Shown piece after piece: positions 9,967-17,119 of a stretch of 34,537 nucleotides of DNA. The DNA comes from Methanobacteriota archaeon (GTDB lineage: Archaea; Thermoplasmatota; Thermoplasmata; RBG-16-68-12). Numbering within the stretch: the first letter of the stretch is position 1; every line of letters starts with the position of its first letter. The position numbers and the translations under genes are program-made. The notes beneath the pieces are model-generated. The model searched no databases and was not told the DNA's origin. It was given only the letters and a program-made list of their open reading frames with translations. The stretch lies in contig VBLZ01000100.1 in the NCBI GenBank assembly GCA_005878515.1, positions 1 to 34,537 of the forward strand, given 5' to 3'.

Positions 9967-10353
9967 CTACGGTCGAGGCGGCGACGGGAAGCAGGCTGTG
10001 CAGTGGGGATCGATGTCCCCCAGGCTCTTGTGGTACTCGCAGAACCGGGCCGTGAGCATGAGCCCGGAGCAGAACCCGTTCACGCTCGCGATCTGGTCCG
10101 AGAGCGTCATCCCGTGGGCGATTTGGGAGGAGAGTTCGTGCACATACGGTTTGATCTCCGGGAAGAGTCGGAGCATCTCCTGGTCCACGCCGCGGCTCTG
10201 CGTGTTGTAGTGGCTCACGGCCGCTTGCGTGATCCCCATCGAATGGGCGACGTCGACCTGCTTCATCTTGTACGTATGTAGGAGTTCACGGGCCAACCGC
10301 GCGCGGATCGTGGGCAGGAGTCGAGCGACCACGAGTTCTTGGGGTTGGAGCAT
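9967..10353 (-). CDS. HTH transcriptional regulator (COG2522-like, resembling the ThiR N-terminal domain) with a C-terminal Cys/His cluster
   Basis: PQELVVARLLPTIRARLARELL...MKQVDVAHSMGITQAAVSHY HTH; C-terminal FCEYH...CTAC; start ATG 10353 preceded by GGAGG. Confidence 0.85.
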   Translation of the reverse strand: MLQPQELVVARLLPTIRARLARELLHTYKMKQVDVAHSMGITQAAVSHYNTQSRGVDQEMLRLFPEIKPYVHELSSQIAHGMTLSDQIASVNGFCSGLMLTARFCEYHKSLGDIDPHCTACFPSPPRP

Positions 10354-10397
10354 CCGGCGCGCCTCGTCCCTCCGGGGACCGGACTGAATACAGTATA

Positions 10398-10416
10398 ACA
10401 CGGTATTTAACCGTGT
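10398..10416. promoter_or_regulatory. Perfect 7-bp inverted repeat enclosing the regulator's TATA box (putative operator)
   Basis: ACACGGT-ATTTA-ACCGTGT; the minus strand reads TTAAATA inside it. Confidence 0.55.
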
Positions 10417-10502
10417 CCCTTTTCCTCGTTGTCACGGTAATTTCAGGTTTGCATCGGTTCACATTTTCTATGGAGGGAACGGTTCCGCAGCGGGGACTCG
10501 AC

Positions 10503-11288
10503 TCACATCACGCAGCAGCGCGGACTCTCCCAATAGTCCAACCCAAGCCGGACCAACGTCGGGTCGGTCGAGGTGATCGCATACGCGTCACCGTCCGCGG
10601 TCCGGGACATCGTAAGGACCTGCTGGCCATCGACGAGCACGAGGACGCACTCACACACGATCGAGCGGATCTCCGCGGCCTTCTCGAGGTCTTTCGTGAC
10701 GGGGATCTCGGGCACCGCGAGCCGCACGCGAATTCGCCGCCGGGCCGCACGGGCGAGATCGTCTTCGAGCTTCCGGAAAATCCCTTCATCGGCGGCGAGC
10801 ACGACGATCTCCTTTCGCGCCGATGAGATCAGGGCCTTTGCTCGAGCGACGACGTTCGGGAGGCCTTTCACGATGTACGCCACATCGGTGTCGGGAGACT
10901 TTGTCGCCGCACGGAGCGGCTCGAGGAGGGAGCCAAGGCGCGCTGTGGCCGCCCGTCGCTTCTCGTATTCGGCCTCGACGAGACGACTCAGTCGGATCTC
11001 GACCTCTTTCGCCGGCACGACCCGAAACGTCTTTGGCTTGCCGTCCTGGACCTCGACGAGCCCTTTCTCGGCCAGCTCGTCGAGGGCATAGTAGATCTTC
11101 GAATCGGCGACACCGGTCTTCAGAACCAGATCGCCCGCGGTCGCATGGCTCACCCGAACCAGTGCGCAAAACGCCTCGGCAGCGTGTCCGCTGAATCCGA
11201 GGTCCCGCAAGGTGCCGCGGATCCGTTCCGCGGAAGGCCCGAACGATTCTTGGAGGAGCGCGTTCGCCCGCGCCTTGACTTCCGACAT
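10503..11288 (-). CDS. TrmB-family transcriptional regulator with CEC and terminal CC cysteine motifs
   Basis: LRDLGFS...TGVADSKIYYALDELAEKGLVEVQDGKPKTFR wHTH, coiled coil, then VAYIVKG...ISSARKEIVV effector domain; ends ESPRCCVM. Confidence 0.9.
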   Translation of the reverse strand: MSEVKARANALLQESFGPSAERIRGTLRDLGFSGHAAEAFCALVRVSHATAGDLVLKTGVADSKIYYALDELAEKGLVEVQDGKPKTFRVVPAKEVEIRLSRLVEAEYEKRRAATARLGSLLEPLRAATKSPDTDVAYIVKGLPNVVARAKALISSARKEIVVLAADEGIFRKLEDDLARAARRRIRVRLAVPEIPVTKDLEKAAEIRSIVCECVLVLVDGQQVLTMSRTADGDAYAITSTDPTLVRLGLDYWESPRCCVM

Positions 11289-11311
11289 CCGGTAGGCCAA
11301 GGGAGGGAAGG

Positions 11312-11319
11312 TATTTAAT
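11312..11319. promoter_or_regulatory. Shared TATA box for divergent trmB and arsM
   Basis: TATTTAAT / ATTAAATA, ~24 nt from the trmB ATG and ~30 nt from the arsM ATG. Confidence 0.6.
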
Positions 11320-11324
11320 GTTAG

Positions 11325-11344
11325 CTACTACTGATTGGTAGTAG
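11325..11344. promoter_or_regulatory. Palindromic operator between the TATA box and the arsM start
   Basis: CTACTAC-TGATTG-GTAGTAG, perfect 7-bp arms. Confidence 0.7.
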
Positions 11345-11349
11345 AGACC

Positions 11350-12078
11350 ATGGAAGCAACCGCGGAGGAAGTCCGTGCGAAAGTGCGGGAACGGTATTCG
11401 ATCGCAGCGAGCAGGCGGGGTGGTTGCGAGGACGACGGCTGTTGCGCGATCGGCTATTCGCCGGTGGAGCTCGAAGGGATTCCTGCCGAATCCGTCCTCG
11501 GATTGGGCAGTGGAAATCCGGTCCGGCATGCGGAGCTGCGCCCCGGCGAGACCGTCGTCGACCTCGGGAGCGGCGCCGGAATCGACGTGTTCCTCGCGAG
11601 CCGCCTCGTCGGCCCGGCGGGGCACGCGACCGGGATCGACATGACGCCAACCATGGTCACACGCGCCACGACCGCATCGGTGGCTCACGATATCCGGAAC
11701 GCATCGTTTGTCCTCGCGCCGATCGAGAAACTGCCGCTTCCGGATGGGCATGCGGACGTGGTCCTGAGCAATTGCGTCATCAACCTGAGCCCCGACAAAC
11801 CGGCCGTGTTCGCCGAGGCCTTCCGAATCCTGAAGCCGGGCGGACGACTCGTGATCTCGGACGTGGTCCAAGAACGGGACCTGGGCCGGATCGAAGACGA
11901 CTGCGGCTGTGTCGGAAACGCGATGGTCCGTGGCGAGTATTTGGAGACGATCCGGCGTGCTGGATTTGCGGAACTCCGAATTGTGGAAGACCGGCCCTGG
12001 CGGACGGGCCCGAGCGGAATCGAGGCGTCCGCCGTCACCCTCATCGCGCGAAAGCCGGGACGGGAGGTGAAGATGTGA
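11350..12078 (+). CDS. arsM: Arsenite S-adenosylmethionine methyltransferase
   Basis: VRERYS...[70 protein letters not shown]. Confidence 0.88.
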   Translation: MEATAEEVRAKVRERYSIAASRRGGCEDDGCCAIGYSPVELEGIPAESVLGLGSGNPVRHAELRPGETVVDLGSGAGIDVFLASRLVGPAGHATGIDMTPTMVTRATTASVAHDIRNASFVLAPIEKLPLPDGHADVVLSNCVINLSPDKPAVFAEAFRILKPGGRLVISDVVQERDLGRIEDDCGCVGNAMVRGEYLETIRRAGFAELRIVEDRPWRTGPSGIEASAVTLIARKPGREVKM

Positions 12079-12188
12079 TACCCATCGAGATCATGCTGGC
12101 GAAGGCGCTCGCGGAGGAACTCCGCGCAGAAGGCTGCTGCGGGAGCGGGCCGTGTTGCGCGGACTCCCGTTGTGGCTGCTGCGCCTGA
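12075..12188 (+). CDS. Cys-rich micropeptide (37 aa), metallothionein-like
   Basis: [37 protein letters not shown]; GTG start overlaps the arsM stop (GTGA); strong SD GGAGGTGA at 12063-12070. Confidence 0.72.
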   Translation: MIPIEIMLAKALAEELRAEGCCGSGPCCADSRCGCCA

Positions 12189-12267
12189 GGCCGCACCCTA
12201 CTTTCGACGGCGATGGGCGGCCGATCTCACTGCGCCGTCCCGCTTGACGAGGTCCGGACGCTCGAGC

Positions 12268-12510
12268 TCAGCCGTGAGCGACAACCGAAGGGACCGAGTG
12301 CAGACTCCGGTAGATCGCGGTGAGTTCCGCCTTCTCCGCATCCCCCAGCCGAGAGTCCTGGATGTACTCCTCGTAGAGTGGGGTGACATCCTCGTCCCCA
12401 AGGCACGTGACGGACATATGGAGGATGTATTCCGTTAGAATATGCAGCGAATCGGAGGTGGGGGCTCGAGTCAACGCGTCGTCTTTGATCTTCCGCCACT
12501 GGAATCGCAT
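12268..12510 (-). CDS. Hypothetical protein (80 aa, predicted helical)
   Basis: Protein-like composition (MRFQWRKIKDDAL...EKAELTAIYRSLH), unlike the Arg/Pro-rich shadow frames; fills the gap between the arsM unit and the RNase H gene. Confidence 0.55.
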   Translation of the reverse strand: MRFQWRKIKDDALTRAPTSDSLHILTEYILHMSVTCLGDEDVTPLYEEYIQDSRLGDAEKAELTAIYRSLHSVPSVVAHG

Positions 12511-12615
12511 GGGTGGGCCTGCCGAAGAGCGTACCACCGCGGTGGGTACGTAACCCTTTTCGGCCGGTTATCGCGGCGCGAACTGTGAGGACGACATGCG
12601 CAATGTGTCCTTTGC

Positions 12616-13092
12616 TTGAGTCGTCCCGCCAATCCTCAAGAGCCCGCCCGCATTCCGGGCGACACGGCCGCATCTCGCGACGGTTCGCGCACGGTGTGCT
12701 TCTTCGATGGCGCCTGTCCCGGCAATCAGTTCGCGCAGAAAGGGCCCATGAAAGCGGCCTTCGTGATTGGAGAGAAGGAATCTGTTCGCGACGTACCGGA
12801 CCTGCAGACGCCCGACGGCCCGATGCGGAGCAGCAACATCGCGGAATATCACGGTCTCATTTTCCTTCTGCGGCACTTGCGAGACCTGGATCGCGGACGA
12901 GGGTCCGACGGGGCGTATCTAATCTGCGGCGATTCTCAACTCGTCATCCGCCAGATGCGCGGGGAGTATCGGGTGCGGACGGCCCATCTAGTTCCCCTAC
13001 GCGCGGAAGCTTCACGCCTGTCGTCCGAGCTCGATGTCGAATTCCGCGCGGTCCCGCGCGCGAAGAACCGCGCCGGATTCCTCCTGGAATAG
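12616..13092 (+). CDS. Ribonuclease HI-like protein (RVT_3 type)
   Basis: FFDGACPGN, SNIAEYHGL, GDSQLVIRQMRGEYRV, VPRAKN; start uncertain (TTG 12616 or GTG 12694). Confidence 0.82.
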   Translation: MSRPANPQEPARIPGDTAASRDGSRTVCFFDGACPGNQFAQKGPMKAAFVIGEKESVRDVPDLQTPDGPMRSSNIAEYHGLIFLLRHLRDLDRGRGSDGAYLICGDSQLVIRQMRGEYRVRTAHLVPLRAEASRLSSELDVEFRAVPRAKNRAGFLLE

Positions 13093-13203
13093 AGAGTGAT
13101 GTCGGGAGTGGTCGATATTATACCGCTCGGTTACACTGGTACACAATCGAACACCATGTTTTCGGAAAATTCTTGAGGGGGGAGAGAAATCGTCGCCCGG
13201 CCA

Positions 13204-15360
13204 ATGCGTCATGAGGGGCTTTCGCAGGACTTTCGCAAGCATTCCGTGCTTGTCCTCGTCTTGCTGCTGATGGCATCAGCGTTAGTTGCGCTGAGTCCAA
13301 CGGCTCCGTGGGCCGGCTTGAGTGTCGACGCCCATGCCGCGGGCCTGGCCAATCCCGCGGCCCTTGAGCCGCACGCGCCCATCCACATCACGGGCGACGA
13401 CGGGTTCAACACCTCAAACGGGGTTCGCGGTGGGACCGGCACTGCTGCGGCCCCTTACCTCATCTCCGACTGGCTGGTCGACGCCGCCCTCTATCCGAAC
13501 TCCAGTGCGATGATCTGGCTCGAAAACACCGACAGGCACGTGGTCGTGCAGAATTGCCAAGTCATCCACCTGGACACCGTCGGAGAACAGTTCCAGGCAT
13601 TCTACGTGGGCAAGTATCCGGGTGAAAACATGACGCCGATCATCGGGCCGCCAACGATCGACCTGACGAGCAACGTGACGTTCCTGGACAACGACATCGA
13701 GAGTCGCTACGGATACGGGATTCAGATTGCGGAGGGCTCCTCGAACATCCTCGCGAAGGGGAATCATGTGGCGGTCCATCCGGACAACGTCAGCGGCCGT
13801 GACTGGATCTACGGGATCAACGTGGCCCGGGGTACCCACAACGTCACGATCGAGGACAATGTGGTCAACGCCGGGAGCAGCCTGTACATCACGATCGGCA
13901 TCCACTTGAGCGACTATTACGTGAGCGAGCAGCGCCGCGCGTCCCGGCTCGTCGCCCGGAACAATACCGTGATCGATGCGGCCGGTGGGATCCACGTCGA
14001 GTCTTCCCGATTTACGTTGGTCCAGGACAATACCATCTATCGGACCAACCTCAACAGCCTGGCCTACGGCTGGCCACGCGCCATCACGGTCCGCGAGAGC
14101 GCGCTGAACGCAAGCCTGGTTCACAACACGATCCGAGTCGAACTTACCGGGATCATCATTGGGGCGTCGACGGGTCGATGGGACACGTATGGATCGGTGA
14201 CCAGCGCAAACAATACAACGATCCGTGACAACGTCATCTCGAATGTGACCAGCGGCATTCAAATCGGGAACGTGAGCGGCACTCAGGTCATCGACACGAC
14301 CTTTGCAAATGTTGGACTTCAGGAGTTGAACCTGAATGGAGAGGGAGGTGCCCCCCGGAACCTGACCCTGACGGACTTGGCGTTTCCGGTCCGTATTCGA
14401 GCGCCAACCGAGGCGATACCGATCCACTGGTCTTGGACACATCTGACGCCATCGGCGGAATACAATCTCAGCGCGACCAACGGTACGACCACCGTGAACG
14501 TGTCTTTCGCGACGACGGCTGCCGGAGTCGGTTTCGTCGACGTCGAGCAGCCGCGTACCAATGCCACCAACCTCACTGTGTACCGTCTCGCGGGGCCGCT
14601 GCCTCCGCCGAATGCCCCGCCCACCGCGGACTTCGTTTGGGCGCCGACATTAGGCAACACGAGCACCATGTTCGTGTTCACCGCACAAGCAAGTGACGAC
14701 CACGATCTGCCCAGCTCGATTCAAGTCCGCTGGGACTGGACCGGAGACGGGACGTGGGATACCGCGTGGTCCACGAACAAGACCGCGACGCATTCCTATT
14801 CCTCGATAGGAAACAAAACGGTCGTCGTGCAGGCGATCGATTCCGGAGGTCTGACCGCGACCCAGTCCCACGTGGTCCAGGTGACGGCACCGCCCCCGCC
14901 ACCGCCGCCCCCGCCTCCGCCGAACGCGCCGCCCACGGTGGACTTCACATGGACGCCGAACTCCGGCGACACGACCACCGTCTTCACGTTCACGGCGCAG
15001 GCGAGCGACGATCACGATCAACCGAGCGCCATTCAGGTCCGGTGGGACTGGAACGGCGATGGGACTTGGGACACGCCTTGGTCGACCACGAAGACCGCCA
15101 CGCACACGTTCAGCGCTCCGGGCGATTACACGGTGGCGGTGCGAGCAATCGACTCGGGAGGCCTTACCACGAGCAAGTCGCACCTGGTTTCAGTAACCGC
15201 CCTCCCACCGCCGCCGAACAGGACGAACCCGGTCTCCACGCAAACGCAGATACTCCTTCTCCTCGCGAGCGTTTCGACTCCGATCATGATCGTGACGGCC
15301 ATTGGCGTAATCGTTTATGCGGTGAGTCGCGTGCGACGCAGACGGGGCCGCCGCGACTGA
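13204..15360 (+). CDS. Cell-surface protein: signal peptide, right-handed beta-helix (NosD/PbH1-like), two PKD domains, C-terminal TM anchor
   Basis: Hydrophobic N-terminus, HAPIHITGD..F...NGVRGGTGT...PYLISDW cap, Asn-ladder repeats, two WDWxGDG PKD domains, TM plus RRRRGRR tail, many NxT/S sequons. Confidence 0.88.
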   Translation: MRHEGLSQDFRKHSVLVLVLLLMASALVALSPTAPWAGLSVDAHAAGLANPAALEPHAPIHITGDDGFNTSNGVRGGTGTAAAPYLISDWLVDAALYPNSSAMIWLENTDRHVVVQNCQVIHLDTVGEQFQAFYVGKYPGENMTPIIGPPTIDLTSNVTFLDNDIESRYGYGIQIAEGSSNILAKGNHVAVHPDNVSGRDWIYGINVARGTHNVTIEDNVVNAGSSLYITIGIHLSDYYVSEQRRASRLVARNNTVIDAAGGIHVESSRFTLVQDNTIYRTNLNSLAYGWPRAITVRESALNASLVHNTIRVELTGIIIGASTGRWDTYGSVTSANNTTIRDNVISNVTSGIQIGNVSGTQVIDTTFANVGLQELNLNGEGGAPRNLTLTDLAFPVRIRAPTEAIPIHWSWTHLTPSAEYNLSATNGTTTVNVSFATTAAGVGFVDVEQPRTNATNLTVYRLAGPLPPPNAPPTADFVWAPTLGNTSTMFVFTAQASDDHDLPSSIQVRWDWTGDGTWDTAWSTNKTATHSYSSIGNKTVVVQAIDSGGLTATQSHVVQVTAPPPPPPPPPPPNAPPTVDFTWTPNSGDTTTVFTFTAQASDDHDQPSAIQVRWDWNGDGTWDTPWSTTKTATHTFSAPGDYTVAVRAIDSGGLTTSKSHLVSVTALPPPPNRTNPVSTQTQILLLLASVSTPIMIVTAIGVIVYAVSRVRRRRGRRD
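14605..15200 (+). repeat. Tandemly duplicated PKD-domain coding repeat with an 11-Pro linker (14890..14922)
   Basis: PPNAPPTADFVWAP...QVRWDWTGDGTWDT...DSGGLT versus PPNAPPTVDFTWTP...QVRWDWNGDGTWDT...DSGGLT; unit about 312 nt. Confidence 0.85.
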
Positions 15361-15407
15361 GTCAGTCGGAAGTTGCCACAGTTGCCTTGACCTCAAGTTC
15401 GTGACAG

Positions 15408-15480
15408 AGCCACCAGGGAGAATTGAACTCCCGACCTGCCGCTTACAAGGCGGCTGCTCTACCGACTGAGCTATGGTGGC
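15408..15480 (-). tRNA. tRNA-Thr(UGU)
   Basis: GCCACCA/TGGTGGC acceptor stem, GCCGC-CTTGTAA-GCGGC anticodon arm, GGGAG-TTCAATT-CTCCC T arm, U73; no intron, CCA not encoded. Confidence 0.96.
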
Positions 15481-15601
15481 GTACCGAGTCCATCGACCCT
15501 TTCGGTAAAAGGGTTTCCGCGTGGTCAGGCTGCACAACAACTCGAAGAGTCTCATTTTTGGAAATCATGGAAAAGCCTTTATTCGCCGCACCCGGCCTCC
15601 G

Positions 15602-17077
15602 ATGCGCTGCGTGATCAGTCTTCCTTGTCCAACCTGCGGTAGCGAACTCGCCTTCCTCGAGCAGTATCAGCGGCACTACTGCTACGCGTGCGGAAACTAC
15701 GCGCCCGAAGGCTATGGCGATCGGGGCGCGAAAATCTGTCCGACCTGCCGGGGAATCTTGTCGTACGTGGCCCAATACGACCGCCACTACTGCTACCGGT
15801 GCAATGCGTACCCCGCGGACGGCGTGGTCTTGCAATCGTTGGAGGCCACGATGCCCGTCGATGTGCGGCCCGTCGACGTTCAGCCCGTCGCCGAAGCGAC
15901 CGAGCCCGCCCCGATCGTGACGGAACCCGAGACCGCGGTGGACGTGTCGGAGGCACCCGAGGTGGCGAAGCCGACGGACGTCGAACCGACCGCAGAGGCC
16001 GAGACGACGGAAGTGCCCACCACCCCGACGACCCCCGCGCCCGCCGAAGCCTCGCCCCAGCCTGAAGAAATCGTGGAAGAAGAACTTCCCCGCGAGGAAC
16101 CGAAGGAGCCAGGACCGAGACCCCCGATCGTTCGCCTCAGAGTATTCCAGGCAAAGAAGCCGGCGCTCATGGATCTGTGCAAGGCCTACGACCTCGATCC
16201 GACCGGGACGAAAGAGCAGCTCCGCGAACGGCTCCTGAGCTATCTCGACACCTTGGAGGCGGAGGCCGAACCGGAGCCGATAGCCAAGAGTGAGGCGCCG
16301 GCCGGACCGGCTCCAATCGAACGACCCGAAGTCGAGGGTGAGTCCGTACACACGCCCGACGACGTCGCGGAAACCCCGTCAGTCGTGGAGGAACTGGAAA
16401 GCGAACAGCCCGGCAGCGCTAGTCCCGTGGTGGAGACACCGGTCGAAACGCATGCCACTCAGGAGGCCGTCGCGGAACGAATCGAAGTGCCCTCGTTCGT
16501 CTCGATCCCCGAATCCCAGCCCGCGGTCTCGGTCGCCCCCGCCGTCGAGCCGATGCGCGCGCTCCATCCATGTCCGACGTGCGGCCGGGAGCTCACATAC
16601 ATTGCCCGGTACCGGAGGTGGTACTGCTATCACTGCCGGGCGTACGCGCCGGCGAGCGAGTCGAGGTTCGCCTGTCCGACCTGCGGCGCGGCATTGCGCT
16701 GGATCGGTCAATACGAACGGTGGTGGTGCGATTCCTGCCGACGGTACGCGCCCGCGGACCTCCCGAAACCCGAGTCCGCCGCTGTCGTGACCGCGATGCC
16801 CGCGGAAGCCGTGAAACCGCTCTCTTATGCGACTGCACTCCCGGCCACCAGCGTCACACATCGACATCGAAGCCCCGGTAGCGGGATCGGCCTCGTCGGA
16901 TTCGGGGTGATCCTCTTCGTCTTGTACGAGATGCTCGTGGACCTTCCGGGCGCCCTCTCCTACAGCACAGGGATCGCCGTCCCTCAGGACCTCGCCTTCG
17001 GCCTCCGGTTCTTCGCCTTCGTTTTCGTCGCCCTCGGCGCCATCACGGGCCTGTCGGCCGTTCGCGATCGACGCTGA
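15602..17077 (+). CDS. Membrane-anchored protein with four zinc-ribbon repeats and a SAP-like motif
   Basis: 4x CPTC-x3-L-x5-Y-x-R-[HW]-[YW]-C-x2-C; KKPALMDLCKAYDLDPTGTKEQLRERLLSY SAP-like motif; acidic E/P/A/V linkers; two C-terminal TMs; BRE/TATA GAAAAGCCTTTATT upstream. Confidence 0.8.
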   Translation: MRCVISLPCPTCGSELAFLEQYQRHYCYACGNYAPEGYGDRGAKICPTCRGILSYVAQYDRHYCYRCNAYPADGVVLQSLEATMPVDVRPVDVQPVAEATEPAPIVTEPETAVDVSEAPEVAKPTDVEPTAEAETTEVPTTPTTPAPAEASPQPEEIVEEELPREEPKEPGPRPPIVRLRVFQAKKPALMDLCKAYDLDPTGTKEQLRERLLSYLDTLEAEAEPEPIAKSEAPAGPAPIERPEVEGESVHTPDDVAETPSVVEELESEQPGSASPVVETPVETHATQEAVAERIEVPSFVSIPESQPAVSVAPAVEPMRALHPCPTCGRELTYIARYRRWYCYHCRAYAPASESRFACPTCGAALRWIGQYERWWCDSCRRYAPADLPKPESAAVVTAMPAEAVKPLSYATALPATSVTHRHRSPGSGIGLVGFGVILFVLYEMLVDLPGALSYSTGIAVPQDLAFGLRFFAFVFVALGAITGLSAVRDRR

Positions 17078-17119
17078 GCCGCAAAGGTTTTTCCCGGCCT
17101 CCACGTTCGACGCCGGGCC

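Noticed and set aside
14605-15200. Repeat pair as a DGR template/variable region
   Set aside because: Differences are not confined to adenines, both copies are in-frame PKD domains, and there is no reverse transcriptase; the nearby RVT_3-type gene is RNase H only.
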